A stretch of 63,138 bases of DNA from NCBI GenBank assembly GCA_000320545.1, contig ADNK01003183.1:1-63138 (forward strand). Reading direction: 5' to 3'. This stretch comes from Bigelowiella natans CCMP2755 (Eukaryota; Protista; Cercozoa). The translations under genes were made by a program, and so were the position numbers. The notes below the pieces were generated by a model. It did no database searches. It saw only the letters and a list, made by a program, of their open reading frames with translations, and was not told the origin of the DNA. Positions 15,200 through 29,636 of this stretch are shown here, one piece after another; position 1 is the first letter of the stretch, and each line of letters starts with the position of its first letter.

Positions 15200-15866
15200 G
15201 TTCTTTCTACAAATGGTCGCAGAGAATGTCCGTTGCAAGAACCACCTCTGTTCCGTTTGCCAGCGTGTAACGATGATGAAGACGATGCTGGGGGGTTTCC
15301 TGACGTGCTCCAGCTGTAGTATGCGCTGCTGCCGCCGTTCCATCTGGAACAGGGGTGTCACGTGTGCAATGGTCAAGACGATGGTTACGAATTGGGAAGA
15401 AGATTAAATTATAATATTGAAACCAAAGCTACTAAACAGATTATCATACACGTTTGTGTGAATGATGTGAGGGCGGTGCTGGCAAATCACATTTGCTACA
15501 TGAACATGGTGTCGTACGAAAACTAATGACTTCAACATCACAAAACCACAACGTGTTTCTTCGCACAGTAGCATCGATTGGGCAGCAGCATGCTATGATT
15601 TTGGAACGTACACTTCTTCTTCCTGACAGCAAGTTGTCTTCTCGCGGAGGTAAATGCAGCTGGGACCTCTATTGCGGTAGTGGACGATGATGACGATGAC
15701 TTCTGTGTTTATGAAAAAATCATCACGTGCAACAACAGTAATTTGAGAAGGCGAAGATTATCATGAGAGAAATCGCATAAGCAGTGATGATGATGCTGAT
15801 GATGATAACAATCGTTTTACAAGGTAATACCGTTTTGTACGTCGTATCTCGGTTGTGCTGCAGACA

Positions 15867-15913
<47 letters not shown>

Positions 15914-16240
15914 CTCTCTCAATGACGGAGCACTACCTGCTTTGCCGTTTTTGCCAGAGAAATCCCGAGTTTCTCTTTGATGTAGCTTTCTTCAAGCTTT
16001 CTTTCAACGCCATCATTGATTAGCATGTGCATATTGTCGATTTCCTCCGTTATAACGCGCACAATGCTTCCGCTGTTCGGATACGATGACGTGTTATCGT
16101 GGTAATGATGAGGGGGGTATGATGATGACGATGGTGGTGGGGGCAGCAACGTATAAGCCCAAAATTAAATTTACTCTCAGGCACCATGTTGATCTATCAT
16201 TGATTGTTTTGGAAGTAGCAATCATATGGATATCATCAAT

Positions 16241-16277
<37 letters not shown>

Positions 16278-19150
16278 GTCATCACCATCACTAAAGAAGC
16301 TATTCCTCCCTCGCCCTCTCCCCATATACCCCCCCTTTTCTCCTGGAAACTTGCAACCTTAAAGAGTCATTAACAAGCATCACGGCGCTTCGGAAGGGGG
16401 GGGCCAGTCGCCGAACCATTCGCTCTGTATTTGCCCGTCTACATTCGATGCAACACCATGAATCATACATCAAAAAATAGCGGGAGAGAGAACTAATAGT
16501 GGTTAAAGAAGGGCTGCTATCGTCTTCCTACTTGTCGTCTTCTTCCTTCGAGAGCTCTTTCTTCTTTCTCCGACCCTCACGAACGATGGCCTTGTGCCTG
16601 AGCATCCATATATCCATCAGAGGCGTCTAGCAGCATGAGTTAGTACAACCTATACGATGACGACGATGCTGAGGATGTAACAGTGATGACGATGGTAATG
16701 GCACGAATATAGCACATTATTATTAGCAGCTACATCAAGAATGAAAGAGTAGCGTGACACATCAGTGTCCTATAATGTTGGTGCTGATGATAGTTTAAAC
16801 TATGCATGTTTTATTACTCTTCCCTTTCCTGCTGTTTGGCAAAAGCCCTTCTCTCGTCCTTCAATACGTTTCTCCTGAGGGAGAGAGCAGCACGATACGA
16901 ATGATGACCACGCACCATCGCGAGCGAGGTTGCAGAGGATAGCAACGACGATGATGATGGTTTGTGCTGATGTACTGATTACAAGTAAATTTGGCGGATC
17001 ATCTCTGTGCGGTTGGAAAATCTTGAAAGCATGTTTTGGGCATCCCTCTCCTCTTTGTCTCTTTCAGCTCTGCGCTTCCTCTTGTTCTTTCTCTCTTCGA
17101 TTTCCTTCTCGCGCTGTTCCTTAGAAAGTAGCCTTTCCAAGATATTCGGTGGGTAGCAGCAAGTATGGCGAGGTGAGCAGAGTGGGGGAGGGAAAAGTGT
17201 TTGGAACAACGATAACAACAACAATAAGAAGAAGAAGAAGAACGTGATCATATTGTTACTATTATTTACTACTGCAATTGTTTTTCTTCATCATGATGCT
17301 ACTGGACATCCTCTTTTTTATCGGAAGTACGTACTCATCGTATCGCTCGTCAAATGACTTAGGCCCGTCGATAAGCCTGGCGTCTGCTCGACGGCAAGGG
17401 AGAAGCACACATTAGCCTTACTCTACATAAATCGCAGCACGAATGGGTAATTTAGAGGTGTATAAGAGGAGCAACAACCCGGATCTTCAGATCGACTGCC
17501 ATCATCACTAACATATTTCTTTTTCTTGCTGGAAACGGTATTTTCCAACTTTTTCCTTGCTCTTGCTTTGCCCGCGCCGCTCTTATCCTCATTCGCTTTT
17601 CTAGATCTCAACACCTTCTGATACGAGTCACCCAGCTGAAAACAACGGTCACATCTTGAGGAGGAATGTATGATGATGATGATGTTTATATTGAATGGTA
17701 AGAGGATGGTGCGCAACATACGCAGAACGCAAGCAATAGGTAGAACGCAAGCAATAGGCAGAGCACGATGACTACATCCCGGTACAGTGCGTTTGGGCGA
17801 TCGATACAATCGCAATAGCAAACAAAATAGAGTCAATAAAGAAAGTTAGATAATATATCGTTTATGGCGTTATCCTTTCAAAGGGACAAGCTGATAAAGG
17901 CGCTACTGTTAATACTAACTACATCTAATACTTCTGATGTAGCGATTAATACTGACTATGATTAGAGATGTATGCGTCATTGATCGTGGTAAAAGATTAA
18001 AAAAAACTTGAGACTAGAACCCTTTGTTTTCACGGTATTATCTACCATGAGGAGCTTGTATTTGCGATCGTTCAAACTCTCTCCATCGTCTTCTATTTTC
18101 CTGCGGCGCTTCATGATATTCTCTCGTGTTTTATCCCTGATATAGAGTGGCCGTCCAACCAAATGTATAGTGTAAGCACACCATGTTGTTTACTTCATTT
18201 CTTAATTGTTTCGTTCCTTTTCTCCATTTACTTCCCCCCTCCCCGATTTCCCTCTAGTACCACTTTTCAGTCTTCATAACGGGTTCGATCTTGCCCCCAA
18301 TAGCTTCAATAAATCTGCCAGGGGAGAAATTATATTTTTGTGGGAAAGGTGCAAGAGTAGCAGCACGATTTGACAAAAACTTAAATGCGCTATATCAATG
18401 TCACATCTCCACTAGGGCTCATCCGCGTATTTTATTATCCTAAAACAGGTTATTATTCTCACTCTGGCATTTCGGTCAGGATTGGCATGTCAGTTGATGC
18501 TCGGGAGTATTCGGGCATTTTATCCTAGTAGAAAGAGAACGGCGATGGGGAGGGAGGGGAGAGAATAGAGGCAGTTATAGGCGAATGACAGAAATAGCGC
18601 AGTTGTTAAGAGGAGGACCAAGAGATTCCTTTCTAAGGACTCACACACACTGCAACTCCTTCTAGTTCTACGCTCAAGAGTACTACATATTTTGCGGGGT
18701 TTAGCTCCACAGGAATCGTCTGCCTTGCAATCTTCCAGCCCAGTCGATGACTTCCCCTTTCTTCAAAGAAGAAACATCTTCGTGAAAGAACAAGGAACGC
18801 CCCCGCCAGTGCAACAACCACCCATGAGCAACCTGGCGATGATGAGCTCTCGTCAAAGTGTCAAGCACACGGGAGGGAAAGGGGGGAGAGGGTGGTAGGA
18901 GTGTTAACGGAAAAGAGACAGAACCCACCGCGCGAGCCAGAATCCCAGGCTGGAGGTCGCTGTAGTCGCATTTGTGTGCATACAGAAGATGGGGGTCTCA
19001 AGGGTGGTGCCCCCGTCTGCCTACTGAAGCTACAGGTGTAGAGTTATGTTGAGAGGGGTTTAATATACCATGAGGATAGAGGGGGGGGGGGGGGGGGGGA
19101 GATATTCTTCTGTTCATCATCCACCATCCTCACCGGTGCCGCGTCCATAT
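15200..19150 (-). CDS. Hypothetical multi-exon protein rich in Lys/Arg/Glu; boundaries approximate
   Basis: Exon-like open segments bounded by splice signals, e.g. RPLYIRDKTRENIMKRRRKIEDDG, LGDSYQKVLRSRKANEDK and IVRVITEEIDNMHMLINDGVERKLEESYIKEKLG. No family recognised. Confidence 0.4.
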
Positions 19151-20789
19151 CGGAACTTCCGTTCCGCTCGTCTCCTCTTGCGCCCCGCACACGTGTCCCG
19201 AGTTTGTCCGTTGTCGCGATACACAAATGCGCGGAAAACATCCTAATCACTTTCATGTCGCAGCGCAATAATCCCGATTCATCTCGCGCAAAATGCATCC
19301 CCCAGATCTACGTTATCGTGCCACATCATGCGTGCGTTTCTCCCTGCGAAGTGGAGAAATAGCCTGCAATTACAAGGTCGTCGTTCATCGTGGCCTCTTT
19401 TTAGGAAAAAACGGCATGTTGTCGTCAGCATGAAGCTAATAATAAATGGAAACGCTCTTGTGATTTTAGCTGATAAGTTTGATCCAGCGATGATGAAGCG
19501 GCATATTCAGCACTTTTCAAAGGCTGCCTCCACGAACATTGGCAAGGAGCTGAACGTGGTCACACGAAGCCCGCAAGCCATCCGTCGCCCCTTCCCTCCG
19601 CATTTTCGCGCTGCAGAGGAAGGAAGGGAGGGAAATAAATTTAAGGGGACCCCTGCAATTCATGGGATTATGCCACTCCAATCGTGAAGAGGACAACGAG
19701 GAGTTGGAAGTAAACATCAACGAAAACCTTTCTTTGATGACTGTTTTATCTCACGTGTTATTTCAGAAATGCCAATTAATTTTAAACTACGTAATTCTAT
19801 AAAATTTATCATCAAATGTACTTCAGGAAAGTGTCAAGTCTGGTCGAAGGGCGTCTCTTCGCGGTGAAGACCCTATGAGATTCGAGATCGAGATTATAAG
19901 CAAAACGGATAGAAAAATACGTCCAGTGCTTAGAAGCCCATCAGTACTCAGTCGCGTTTCTGTATCTTCTTTGGTAGAAGACGGATCAACACCGAGTAAA
20001 TCTAAACACTCCCGAAAGGTTGAAGATATGTTATTAGAATTATTAATATTATTTATTATTATTGATTCTTTTGCGTCAAGAGATAAAAAAAAACATGTCT
20101 AAAGTCCAGTAGACCGAGACTATAAGTCGCAAAATAATCACAATGTATTTTACGGACTAGATTGGAGCCTTTTGGGTGAATTTCTCTAGTCTTTCATTTT
20201 ATATACTTCGCTCAGAGCTAAGTTAGAAAATCTTCTCACGTGCGAAGATTTGCTGACCAAAATCTGTATTGCGTATTTGAAATGGAATTGGAAATTCATG
20301 CTTTGCATCACTCTTCTATCACTTCAACATCATTACCCCATTTGAATACCACTTTACATATAAATTTAGGTATCCTTCGATTCAGATTGCATTAGACGGC
20401 AGCCTAGCCTTTTGCGAGGAACACTTTTCAGACCTCCAGCAGAAGATTGAGACAAGTACAGCCGATGCATCGTACTTACATTGAACTCTAGTATGATTTA
20501 CAAATACAAAATCTTTATTTGCGGTGTGTATTGACATGCTAAATTTTAAGTAATATTTTTATTTAATCGAATTTCAACTGGTCCTAATTTATTCGAGACA
20601 ATCCCATCGTCATCCGTAACATTCTCATTCCAAAATGCAGAATACTACCGTGATTAGTGATGCAGTACTGTCTTCTTGATTCATAATCCATGTACCTGTA
20701 CAAATAATTACAACCAGCGTCAGTCAATGTGAACAAAAAGTTCAACTTGAATCGATGGACACTTTGCTTGCATTGCATCGGCACACAGA

Positions 20790-22380
20790 AACGAAATGTG
20801 TGAGTCTTCCTTTGAGCGCAATGAGCTTGTTGACATTGCGTGAAGTACACGCACGTTTGCATGTGTACATTGTGAAAGGTGATCAGTGCGAGATGCAATG
20901 AATCGCTCAGTTCTTGCACACCACTGAACCAGCATACACGCCCGCGACAGCTAGCGCTGCTAGTGGCGTGGTTTGCATCATTCAAACGCAATCAACGCAC
21001 ATCCACGCGTGTATGCGAAGTGGACAACTCTTAAACTCGCTCAGAGCTTGCATGCTGAAAAGAATGAGGACTCACGCGGTCCAATCATTGGGAACTGCAT
21101 GGCACGATGCGATGAAACATTGGTGTGCATGGCTACCAGCCAGGAGGTAGCACGACCGACTAGCTGAGGAGAGGACAAAGAAGGACGCAGCGCATCCATC
21201 CTGACCAGAAACTTCGCAAAGGCTCCATCGATGAGGCGAAACTTGTCCAAGTCACCAAAGGGTTCACCCAACAACACTCTGGTCTGAAAGAATCAGAACC
21301 ATCGATGAAGGAAGTGCAGGTGACCGGAGCAAGTAACTACTAGACCAAAGCAGACCTCTAGACCTTGATGATGCGTCTTCACTGAAGAGCCTGAGCCCCA
21401 TTGCTACAGATTGCTTGCTTGCTTGGATGCGATGATGCGATCGAAGGGGCAGAATGACTCTGCAGACGTCTAGGCGTGCCAAAGCATACGCCAGGGAGTC
21501 GATCAAATCTGGCATCTCTGATTGTGTTTGTCAAAATTATTTACTTTGCAATGGTTGCATGGTGCTTCTGTGGGAAGTCAGTCGGGCCACTGCCAGAGTG
21601 ACACGGACTCACACGCAAAGTGTGGCCCTGCTGCGCCTCTGGGCCTGCCCTCAGCCTTTTTAGCCCCACGTCCGTCAGGATTGTTTGAGTTCCACGCAAA
21701 ACGTGCGGTTGATCAGAGATTCAATCCCAACCGCGTGTGGTCGTCGCTGGACGATTGAAACGTTGAACTCCGTCTGAAACATCAATGACCGCACTTCACG
21801 ACACTCAAGACGATTCGCAGGCAACACGCTGCGCTGCTGACGTGACGACGCGCCTCCAACGCTCGCACGTTGTGGTTGGTCACACGAGCACGAAGATCAC
21901 ACTGTCTTGTTGCCACTGCGCAACCAACTGGCGAGTTGGTTCTCCGAGTTGTGGGTTGAGGGTTGGGTGTTCACATGCCAGCATGGGCTAGTGGGGGCCC
22001 TGATCGCTTGTGGCATCTGCACTTTTGAAAAAAAGCTCTGCACGCTCTGTCCACTTCAGATTCGATGCACCTGCTACCATGAACGAACGAATGAACGAAG
22101 TGAGTCCGTTGGAGCGGTTTACACAAGCCTCGCTTAGCTCGTGTTTGCGTGCTTGCTGACCCGAGAGGATCTCGACCGTCACTCATAGCCCAGGGATTCT
22201 CTGGAGTTTTTCAACGCATTTGGTGTTCGGCAACCGTTTTTTTTTCCTTTTTTTTTCTGCAGAATCATCATTTCCAAAAAAAGTTGTGAACTCTGCAAGT
22301 CACGAATAGGAAATGGCGGATTTTGTGGGTTTTCCCACTTCTCGTTTAAATGGGTTGCTGGTGAGGACAGTGAGGACTAG
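20790..22380. other. TpA-depleted, TpG/CpA-rich degenerate tract (probable decayed repeat)
   Basis: No TA seen in ~21670-21985, several of the survivors elsewhere are CTAG, and the tract lacks microsatellites and coherent exons. Confidence 0.55.
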
Positions 22381-23010
22381 GGTCCCTACTTACGAGCTAA
22401 AAAAATCCGCATGAATTCGATAGGCGATCATTAAATCTCCTGTCTTAAATACATGCGACACATCGTAGACATGATATTTCAAGGAAATTTTGCCCATGAG
22501 GGCGTTCTGAGGGCGTCGAAACAACCCGCCGAGCAGCGAAATTCCTTTGGGATGAAAATATCCGGGATCCAACAAATGCCAGTAATTACGTCAAATTTTG
22601 CCGAAAGCATGAATATTCAATCTTACGACATATAAAAATGAGCAGTTTTTTTCTTGGAAATCATATTCTGTTGATTCCGCACAATCTGAACAAAACCCAG
22701 TATTTTCACTCAAGTCTATGTGTGCAAGAGGAGGTTATTTTTATCGAAATTGGGTTGCATAGGTTAAAGGTACGATTTTTTGCCCAAGTTTCGGCGGATT
22801 CTTTTCCATGCAGATAATCTTGTTTTTTCCCAGCTGATCAGTGTTCGGATTCCGCCAGCATGAATTTGTCTGCGCTTTGACCCTGCGACATCAAACTGAT
22901 TATGTACAAGTATTCGCACCTCTTCAGTGCTCAGACGCCCGTACGTAGACCCCCCTTTCGGATCTCTTGCCCTTTGACAAGTAACTGAATTCTACAATCT
23001 ATCGGATTCA

Positions 23011-23871
23011 ATGAGCGAGTACATCTCCCCTTTCTTCGTCAATCCAGCAGAGCTGCCAGAAGATGGCTATGGATTGATTCAGGTGGATCTTGTGGGATCA
23101 ACTCCGTGGATTGTTGTTGTACTTATTTTCGGCAACCTTACATTCATTACAGTCTAAGCTCTTACATTATTACTTATATGTGTTCTGCTGACGGTGTGTG
23201 CAGATGACATTCCTGATGAGCATCTACATCTATATACTGGCTCTGGCTGCCGACATGATTTCTGACGGCTCCGAGTTGCTGCTCCTCATACCGAAGTTAG
23301 ATTCTAAGAAAAGAGGAAACACCCCACACTTGTTGATGCGACTTTCGTTGAATCCAATGTTCACCATTCACCGATCTCGGACTAACATCCTTTACGTGCA
23401 GGTATGAAGGAATAGTGGGGCCGGTGGTGTTACCGGTCTTAGGAGTGGTTCCTGATGGAATGATGGTGCTCTTCTCAGGATTCGGTTATTATCTTCTTTA
23501 AGCACAGAAAACAACGATGATACGATCACCTAGCTTTCTCCAAAATACAGTGAGATATATACAGAGAAAGGGACGGTGTCGTCCACACTGCGCTCCAAGA
23601 ACACCGGCAGCGATATGGGGCACAGCAGCAGCACTGAAGTCACTTCACTATGTAGGTGCTGACGTTATGAACCGGATTGCAGTGGGAGTCGGAGCTTTGG
23701 CAGGTTAGCTGCTGTTCATAATGGTGCACAGAACGCACGATTGTTTCCCCCCTCACAAGCTTCGTGGTAATCAGGATCGACCATCTTTCTTCTCACCGCT
23801 CCATGGGTCGTGGCCTTTATGGCTGGGAGAGTATCTCGTGGAGGTACAATATGTGTAGACGGTTCTTTTGT

Positions 23872-23918
<47 letters not shown>

Positions 23919-25364
23919 TTTGTTGCCTCGCCATAATTTCTTGATCATCAAAAGCTGATTACTCCTTCTCTCTTTCCCATTGATCCCCCGTTGTTGTGGT
24001 TGTCGTTGTCGCCCACAGCTGATGGAAATCCTGACTATAGCCGTTCACCAAAGCTCGATCCAAACCGCAGATGGACGAACGTTGGTAGTAAAAACGGGTG
24101 ATGGGGGGGGGAGGGGTGACAACCATGAATGGTGCTAGGCCCCCATGTATGGGAAGAACCGCGATTTGGCATCTGTGCTGCTTGTTTGTATGAGTGAAGG
24201 GAAAGAGAGAGAGAGAGAGAGAGAGAGAACGATAGGGATGAAAAACCTCATTCCTTCTGCATCCTTCCAGGCATCAGCTTCTCAAAGGACGTCACCATTA
24301 GCGGAAAGATCATGATAATGACCATGCTGCCATACGTTCTGGTGCAAATACCAGCTCTCGGTAAATACAAACAACAATAAAATCGAAGTCTCTGGTTATT
24401 GATGATAGAATTTTAAGTTGATGCTCATCTTCTCGACGAAAGAGAGGCTCTTTTTGACAATGTGTTCTCCTACTACTGTGCTTTATTTGCCGAGCACCCC
24501 GTAAACATCGACTTTGCTAAATTGAAGCACTCTTTTGCTTGCAGGCATGGGTTGTGCGTTTGCATCCAGCCCGTCTTGCGATGGAACGAAACAAACATGG
24601 TATTAAGTTAAACGTCGCCAGAGAACATTAGTATTTTAGAAGATCCTATAAGATAAAGGAATTGTGCCGCTGTGAGGCGGCTGCTGCTGCTGCTGCTGCC
24701 GCTGCTAAAAGCACTGACAGCAGCAATAAGCCGTAACTTCCCAAAAAAAAATCTGCATAAAACAAGCAGTAAGCATCTACCTTAAAATCTTGCTCGAGCT
24801 CATGTCATACTCTTTCCCCCTCCCCTCTCTTCCTCTCCCTCCTCTCCTCCCCCCTCCCTCCTCGAAGGTTCGCGCTCGCTGCTTTCATTCTGTGCTGCAT
24901 AGGGCTCGTCTCGTACCTTGCCTACCAGGTTTGGAACTCCACGATGACCCGCCGCGAGCAGCAGATGTATCTGATCTTCAACGCCGTCGAGAAGCAGCTC
25001 ATCACGTTCGAGGATGCGCTCATGAAGCTCTACGTCGTTGGGCAGCTCACGAAGGAGGACGCTCCTGAGAGCTACCACAACCTCGTCACCACGACTCGTA
25101 ACAAGAAGGACTTTGAGAAATTCCTCAACCGCATGTTTGACAAGTTTCACTCCCGCGCGGACTCGGAGCGTCGAAACAGGAAGTACGATGAAGACGTGCT
25201 GCACCCCGCCGATGTGATTAACATGCTCAAGTACATGCGTGTGCAAGTGGAGGAGTCGCCCCGGATCATCGATGCAATGGATACGGACAAAGACGGAGTC
25301 ATTCACCGTTGGGAGTTCCTCAAGTACATGATGGACCTTGCAGAGGACGTCTCAGCAGGTAGTG

Positions 25365-25399
<35 letters not shown>

Positions 25400-26258
25400 C
25401 GGTGATGATGTCAGGGATGATTGATAAAGACAGAAACGTAGTAATGATATGATAAGATATGAGCGCTCATGAACTCGTCCACCAAAGAAGCATGAGATGT
25501 TCTGCCATCACAGAAACCGTTTTAATAGTCATCATCAACGTGCAGGTGCTGTCATCACGAGCGACACGACCCATACTTCCACAGGATCATATCGAAAGGA
25601 ATCTGGAGAGGGTAGATTCATTAATAATAATAATAATAATAATAATGATGAATAATGAATTTTAAAATAAGCACTCTGCTCCCTCGTAACTGCTGCTGAC
25701 TCAGGACAACTCGTTTATGTCAATAGTCAAATCGTTTGCTAATCAGCTACTTCATCCCTTCCCCGCCCTCCATTATCCCAACCAGATACAATGGAAGAGC
25801 AGAAATTGACTAATCTGATCGAGGAGAAAGGACCTGCCCTCCATCGTCGAATGAGCTGGTAGTTAGCGAAATAGTGGAAGGAAGAGGAGGAGGAGGAAAA
25901 TTAAATTGAGACAAATTGTTTTCGTAATAATAATTAACATAGAAATCTAATATTTATATATGTGTGTGTGTGTGCGTGTGTGTGTGTGTGTTTCCATCTG
26001 TACTTGTAGGTATATTTCTGAATCATCTCGCGGCGTTGGCAACGATTCTGACGAGGAGGGCGATTTCGACGAAGGTTGATATACACATAGGATAGTAGTG
26101 ATGCACTACGAGAACAAGTAAATAAGGACGCAATCGACACGCATGTATATAGCGTATTCACGACATTCCGCTAACCCACAGATGAGGAGGATCAACCTGA
26201 TATTCCTGATAGTATTGCTAATCTCAGTACCCCCCAGGTGAGACACACACTCATACAC

Positions 26259-26295
<37 letters not shown>

Positions 26296-27010
26296 TTCAA
26301 CATCAACCATTATTATCATCATCAATGTCGTCATTATTTCTTTGTTGCATGAGCAGGAGCGAATGGATGCTATTTTCTGGGAGGCTTGCAAGAAGATGAT
26401 CGGGGGAACCATGCTGGTGTTGCTCTTCACTGACCCGGTAGTATTACTCATCAAAATGAAATTTTGCCAAAATTACGCAAATGCTACGGAAATGAAAAAC
26501 TAATTCCAAGAATAGAATACCATCATCATCATCCTCCTCGTTATAATCATTAACATCATCATTCTGCCAAGATATAAATTGCTTGTTTCTTTTTGTGATT
26601 CGCAGTGCGTGGACATTTTTACTGAGATGGGTCTGCGGGTGGGACTTAACCCATTCTTCATCTCCTTCATTTTCGCACCGATTGCGTCCAACGCTTCTGA
26701 GCTCGTCGCGACATATGCATACGCCAAGAAGAAAACGCGCAAGTCCATCTCTGTGTCCCTCTCTCTCCTCTTCGGAGCTGGAAATATGAACAACACGTAT
26801 TGCCTGGGAGTCTTCTTGATGATCATCATGGTGAGGCAGCTTCCGTGGGTATTCACGGCCGAGACAACGGCGATTATCGTCGTAGAGTTGATTGCTGCAA
26901 TCCTTGCATTCCGCACCACGCAGGGATGGTGGGAGACTGCATGCATGGGAATGCTCTACCCGCTATCGCTTGTCATAGTCGCAGGCCTTGAGTCGTACGG
27001 AATCGACTAA
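23011..27010 (+). CDS. EF-hand-containing Na+/Ca2+ exchanger-like protein (NCL type, CaCA superfamily)
   Basis: Exons give MSEYISPFF..., MISDGSELLLLIP, IVGPVVLPVLGVVPDGMMVLFSG and VGVGALAGSTIFLLT (alpha-1). EF-hand DTDKDGVIHRWEF. Alpha-2 region FFISFIFAPIASNASE...MNNTYCLGVF. Stop at 27010. Confidence 0.9.
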
Positions 27011-27359
27011 GGAAATGGCTCAGGTGATTCCACACGTGAAATAAATAAGGACGAACTATCGAAATGTCGCTTGTTGACCGGCCTGTGGAGCCTGAATGCC
27101 GATGAGGGAATGGAGTAGACATTTTGGGATCTACGACAATGGATCTACGCCAAAGAAGAGGTGGATTGCTGAGTCCTACTCAGTTCTCAACAAGTCAACG
27201 ATGATCAATATTCCTATTTTGTCCATAGCTTTTTCCTGCCCTCGAAGTACATTTGTTCATTGATTTGTTTTGTCATGTAGTTGTTTTGTCATTGCATCAT
27301 TTGCCAAACATTTTTGTTCTCATTGCGCAATACGTCACATTGGCACGATGGGAAGAGGG

Positions 27360-29100
27360 GGGTTGTGCTCGATCACGTTTTTTGTGCATTCGTCGCAATG
27401 TGTGGTTCCTAGCTAGCTAGCGCACGCTGCACGTGCGTTCCACCAGTCTGGGCAAAACCACACAATTGTGGAGATGGACAGACGCAGATCGACGACCGCC
27501 AAAGCGCTGCAATGGCAGCATTTTTCAACGATGCTAGCGCTCGCGCTGCAGTGCAAGCGGCCCGGGCTAGCGGGCTAGATGCATGCGCATCATGTGCAAC
27601 GATCATCAAGAGTTCTGAAGTTGCACGTGCAGACAGAGAGCAAAAAAGCAGTGCAAGAAGTAATTCCGTGTGCACGCACACGATGGGTGCACACATCAAA
27701 ATGCACAATTGTCTAGTTGCCTGCACATTGAGCACGTGCAGCCATGTGTAGACCTAGAGACATGGAGACACGCATGCACGTCATGCACAGATGGACATGT
27801 GCATGCACACGACTTGTTGAGACACGTGCGTGTGTGCACTTTGACTAGGCGCTCGATCTCCCAGCTAGCCAGCTAGTCAGTTGGCCACGCTGTGTGATGC
27901 CACGCGTGTCCCAGCTAGGACCAATTAGACTCGATCGTTCTAGCGTTCATCGAAAGTGTCACAGTTTCGTTTGATCACTCATGCACATGTTGGTCCATGA
28001 CTGGATGAGGGCATGATGAGACAGCGTGTTCCATGATTCTTTGTTCAGGTTGCATGTGGAATTCCTTCGTTCACTCACTCATCGCTGTGGCTAGGTCTAG
28101 AGGTGGGGAAGGCTGGAGGGCACTCTTGCGTTTGCTGGTTTGTCGCACACAACGTGCGATCGAGCGCACACACCTGCTGTGGCCTGGGCATGCCAGCATG
28201 CTAGCATGGCACATTTTGTGTGCAATTTGCCGACCTTCAGACCTGCAAGCTGCAGCGCTGTGCATGACGCGATGCAATGTGTTGATGTTCATCACAAACA
28301 CGTTGATTGACGAAGCCATCACCACGTCGTCGCACGTGACAAGCCACATTGACCTTTGCCAGTTCTGGAGTTGCGATGCTGTGAGACGAGTGCAATCAAT
28401 CAAATTGAACTTTTTCAATGGTCATCCCTGGATCCTCGTGTGGCTGTGCAATGCAGCGGCTGCAGCTGTGCCGCGCCCATTTCAGTGTTGCCCCTGCTAG
28501 CCTGAGCCGATGTGCACTCCAGCATTGCTAGGCCAAACTGGTGAACACGTCACACGATGCTGCAGTGGTGCATGGCCTGCAGGCAACAGGATCACAGACG
28601 TGCTGCGACTGCCAGAATGCGATGAACGAATGAGTGAAGAAGTTCCATGGGAGCGCTTGAAAGGACATCAGGACGCTGACCCATCCGTGACCTCCTGAAT
28701 GAACAGGAAGCGGTTCCACACACAACTAGACCAGCAGGAGAGAGGATCAACCCGACGGAAAGTTCAAAAATTGATTTTTCAGACGCAAAGCGTCGTGGGT
28801 ACGCTCTCAATGAGAGATTCATTGCCAACACAGCCGGATTTTCCTCTGCGTCAAGCGAACACTGCACAAACACGCGATGAATTCTGGCAAAATGCCGAAA
28901 GAAAAGAGAGAAAACACAAATTTGAGCAGAACAAAATTGAGGCGTGCGTGCATTTGTGGGAAACAGTCACGACTGCGATGGGCGCCTTTTTTTGCACGTG
29001 CGTTTGCGGCAAACCATCCCGCGAAATGGTATGTGTGGGGAAAGGACGACAAACATCGTTGCATTGGCAACAGCATGAAAGGGGACCTTGCATGCACAGC
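27360..29100. other. TpA-depleted tract with CTAG survivors (decayed repeat/TE-like DNA)
   Basis: By-eye count gives about 24 TA in ~1.7 kb, about 19 of them in CTAG. Spurious Cys/His-rich, Tyr-poor ORFs occur in many frames. Confidence 0.75.
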
Positions 29101-29636
29101 TGAGATTTTTAGATGAAAAGTTGAATTGAAAAAGCAACTTTTTAAATTTTTCAGTTCCTAAAATTTTTTGTGTATTTTACACGTATTCTTTTACAACTTA
29201 AAAATAGGTTACATCATAACATAAAATATAACCCAAATGAACAGAAGAAACACAGAGGAAAACATGCAAGAGAATGACACCAAACGGTGCATTCATGATG
29301 CTTACCATCATGACTAACCTTTTGTTAGTTTGTTAAAAAATGCACACCAGCATACATACCAACATATATGTGAAACAGTGAACACATAAAAGATGAAGAA
29401 GCAAACATACATGCACATACGAGCATGCATACCAAGATGTATGTGAAAGTGTACACATATATATAAGATAAAGAAGCGAACATGCACACATGCAGAAGCA
29501 AACATGCAGACATGTAAAGTGAAAATCGCTAAACATTGTAAAAAATATAAGACACTTAGGTAAATTTGCTACACATTGAGAAAAATCGCTACAAATTGTA
29601 TAAAAATCGCTACAAATTTTCAGATGTGTCAACATT

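Noticed and set aside
17723-17760. 18-bp tandem duplication AGAACGCAAGCAATAGG
   Set aside because: Two copies in a probable intron; ordinary slippage.
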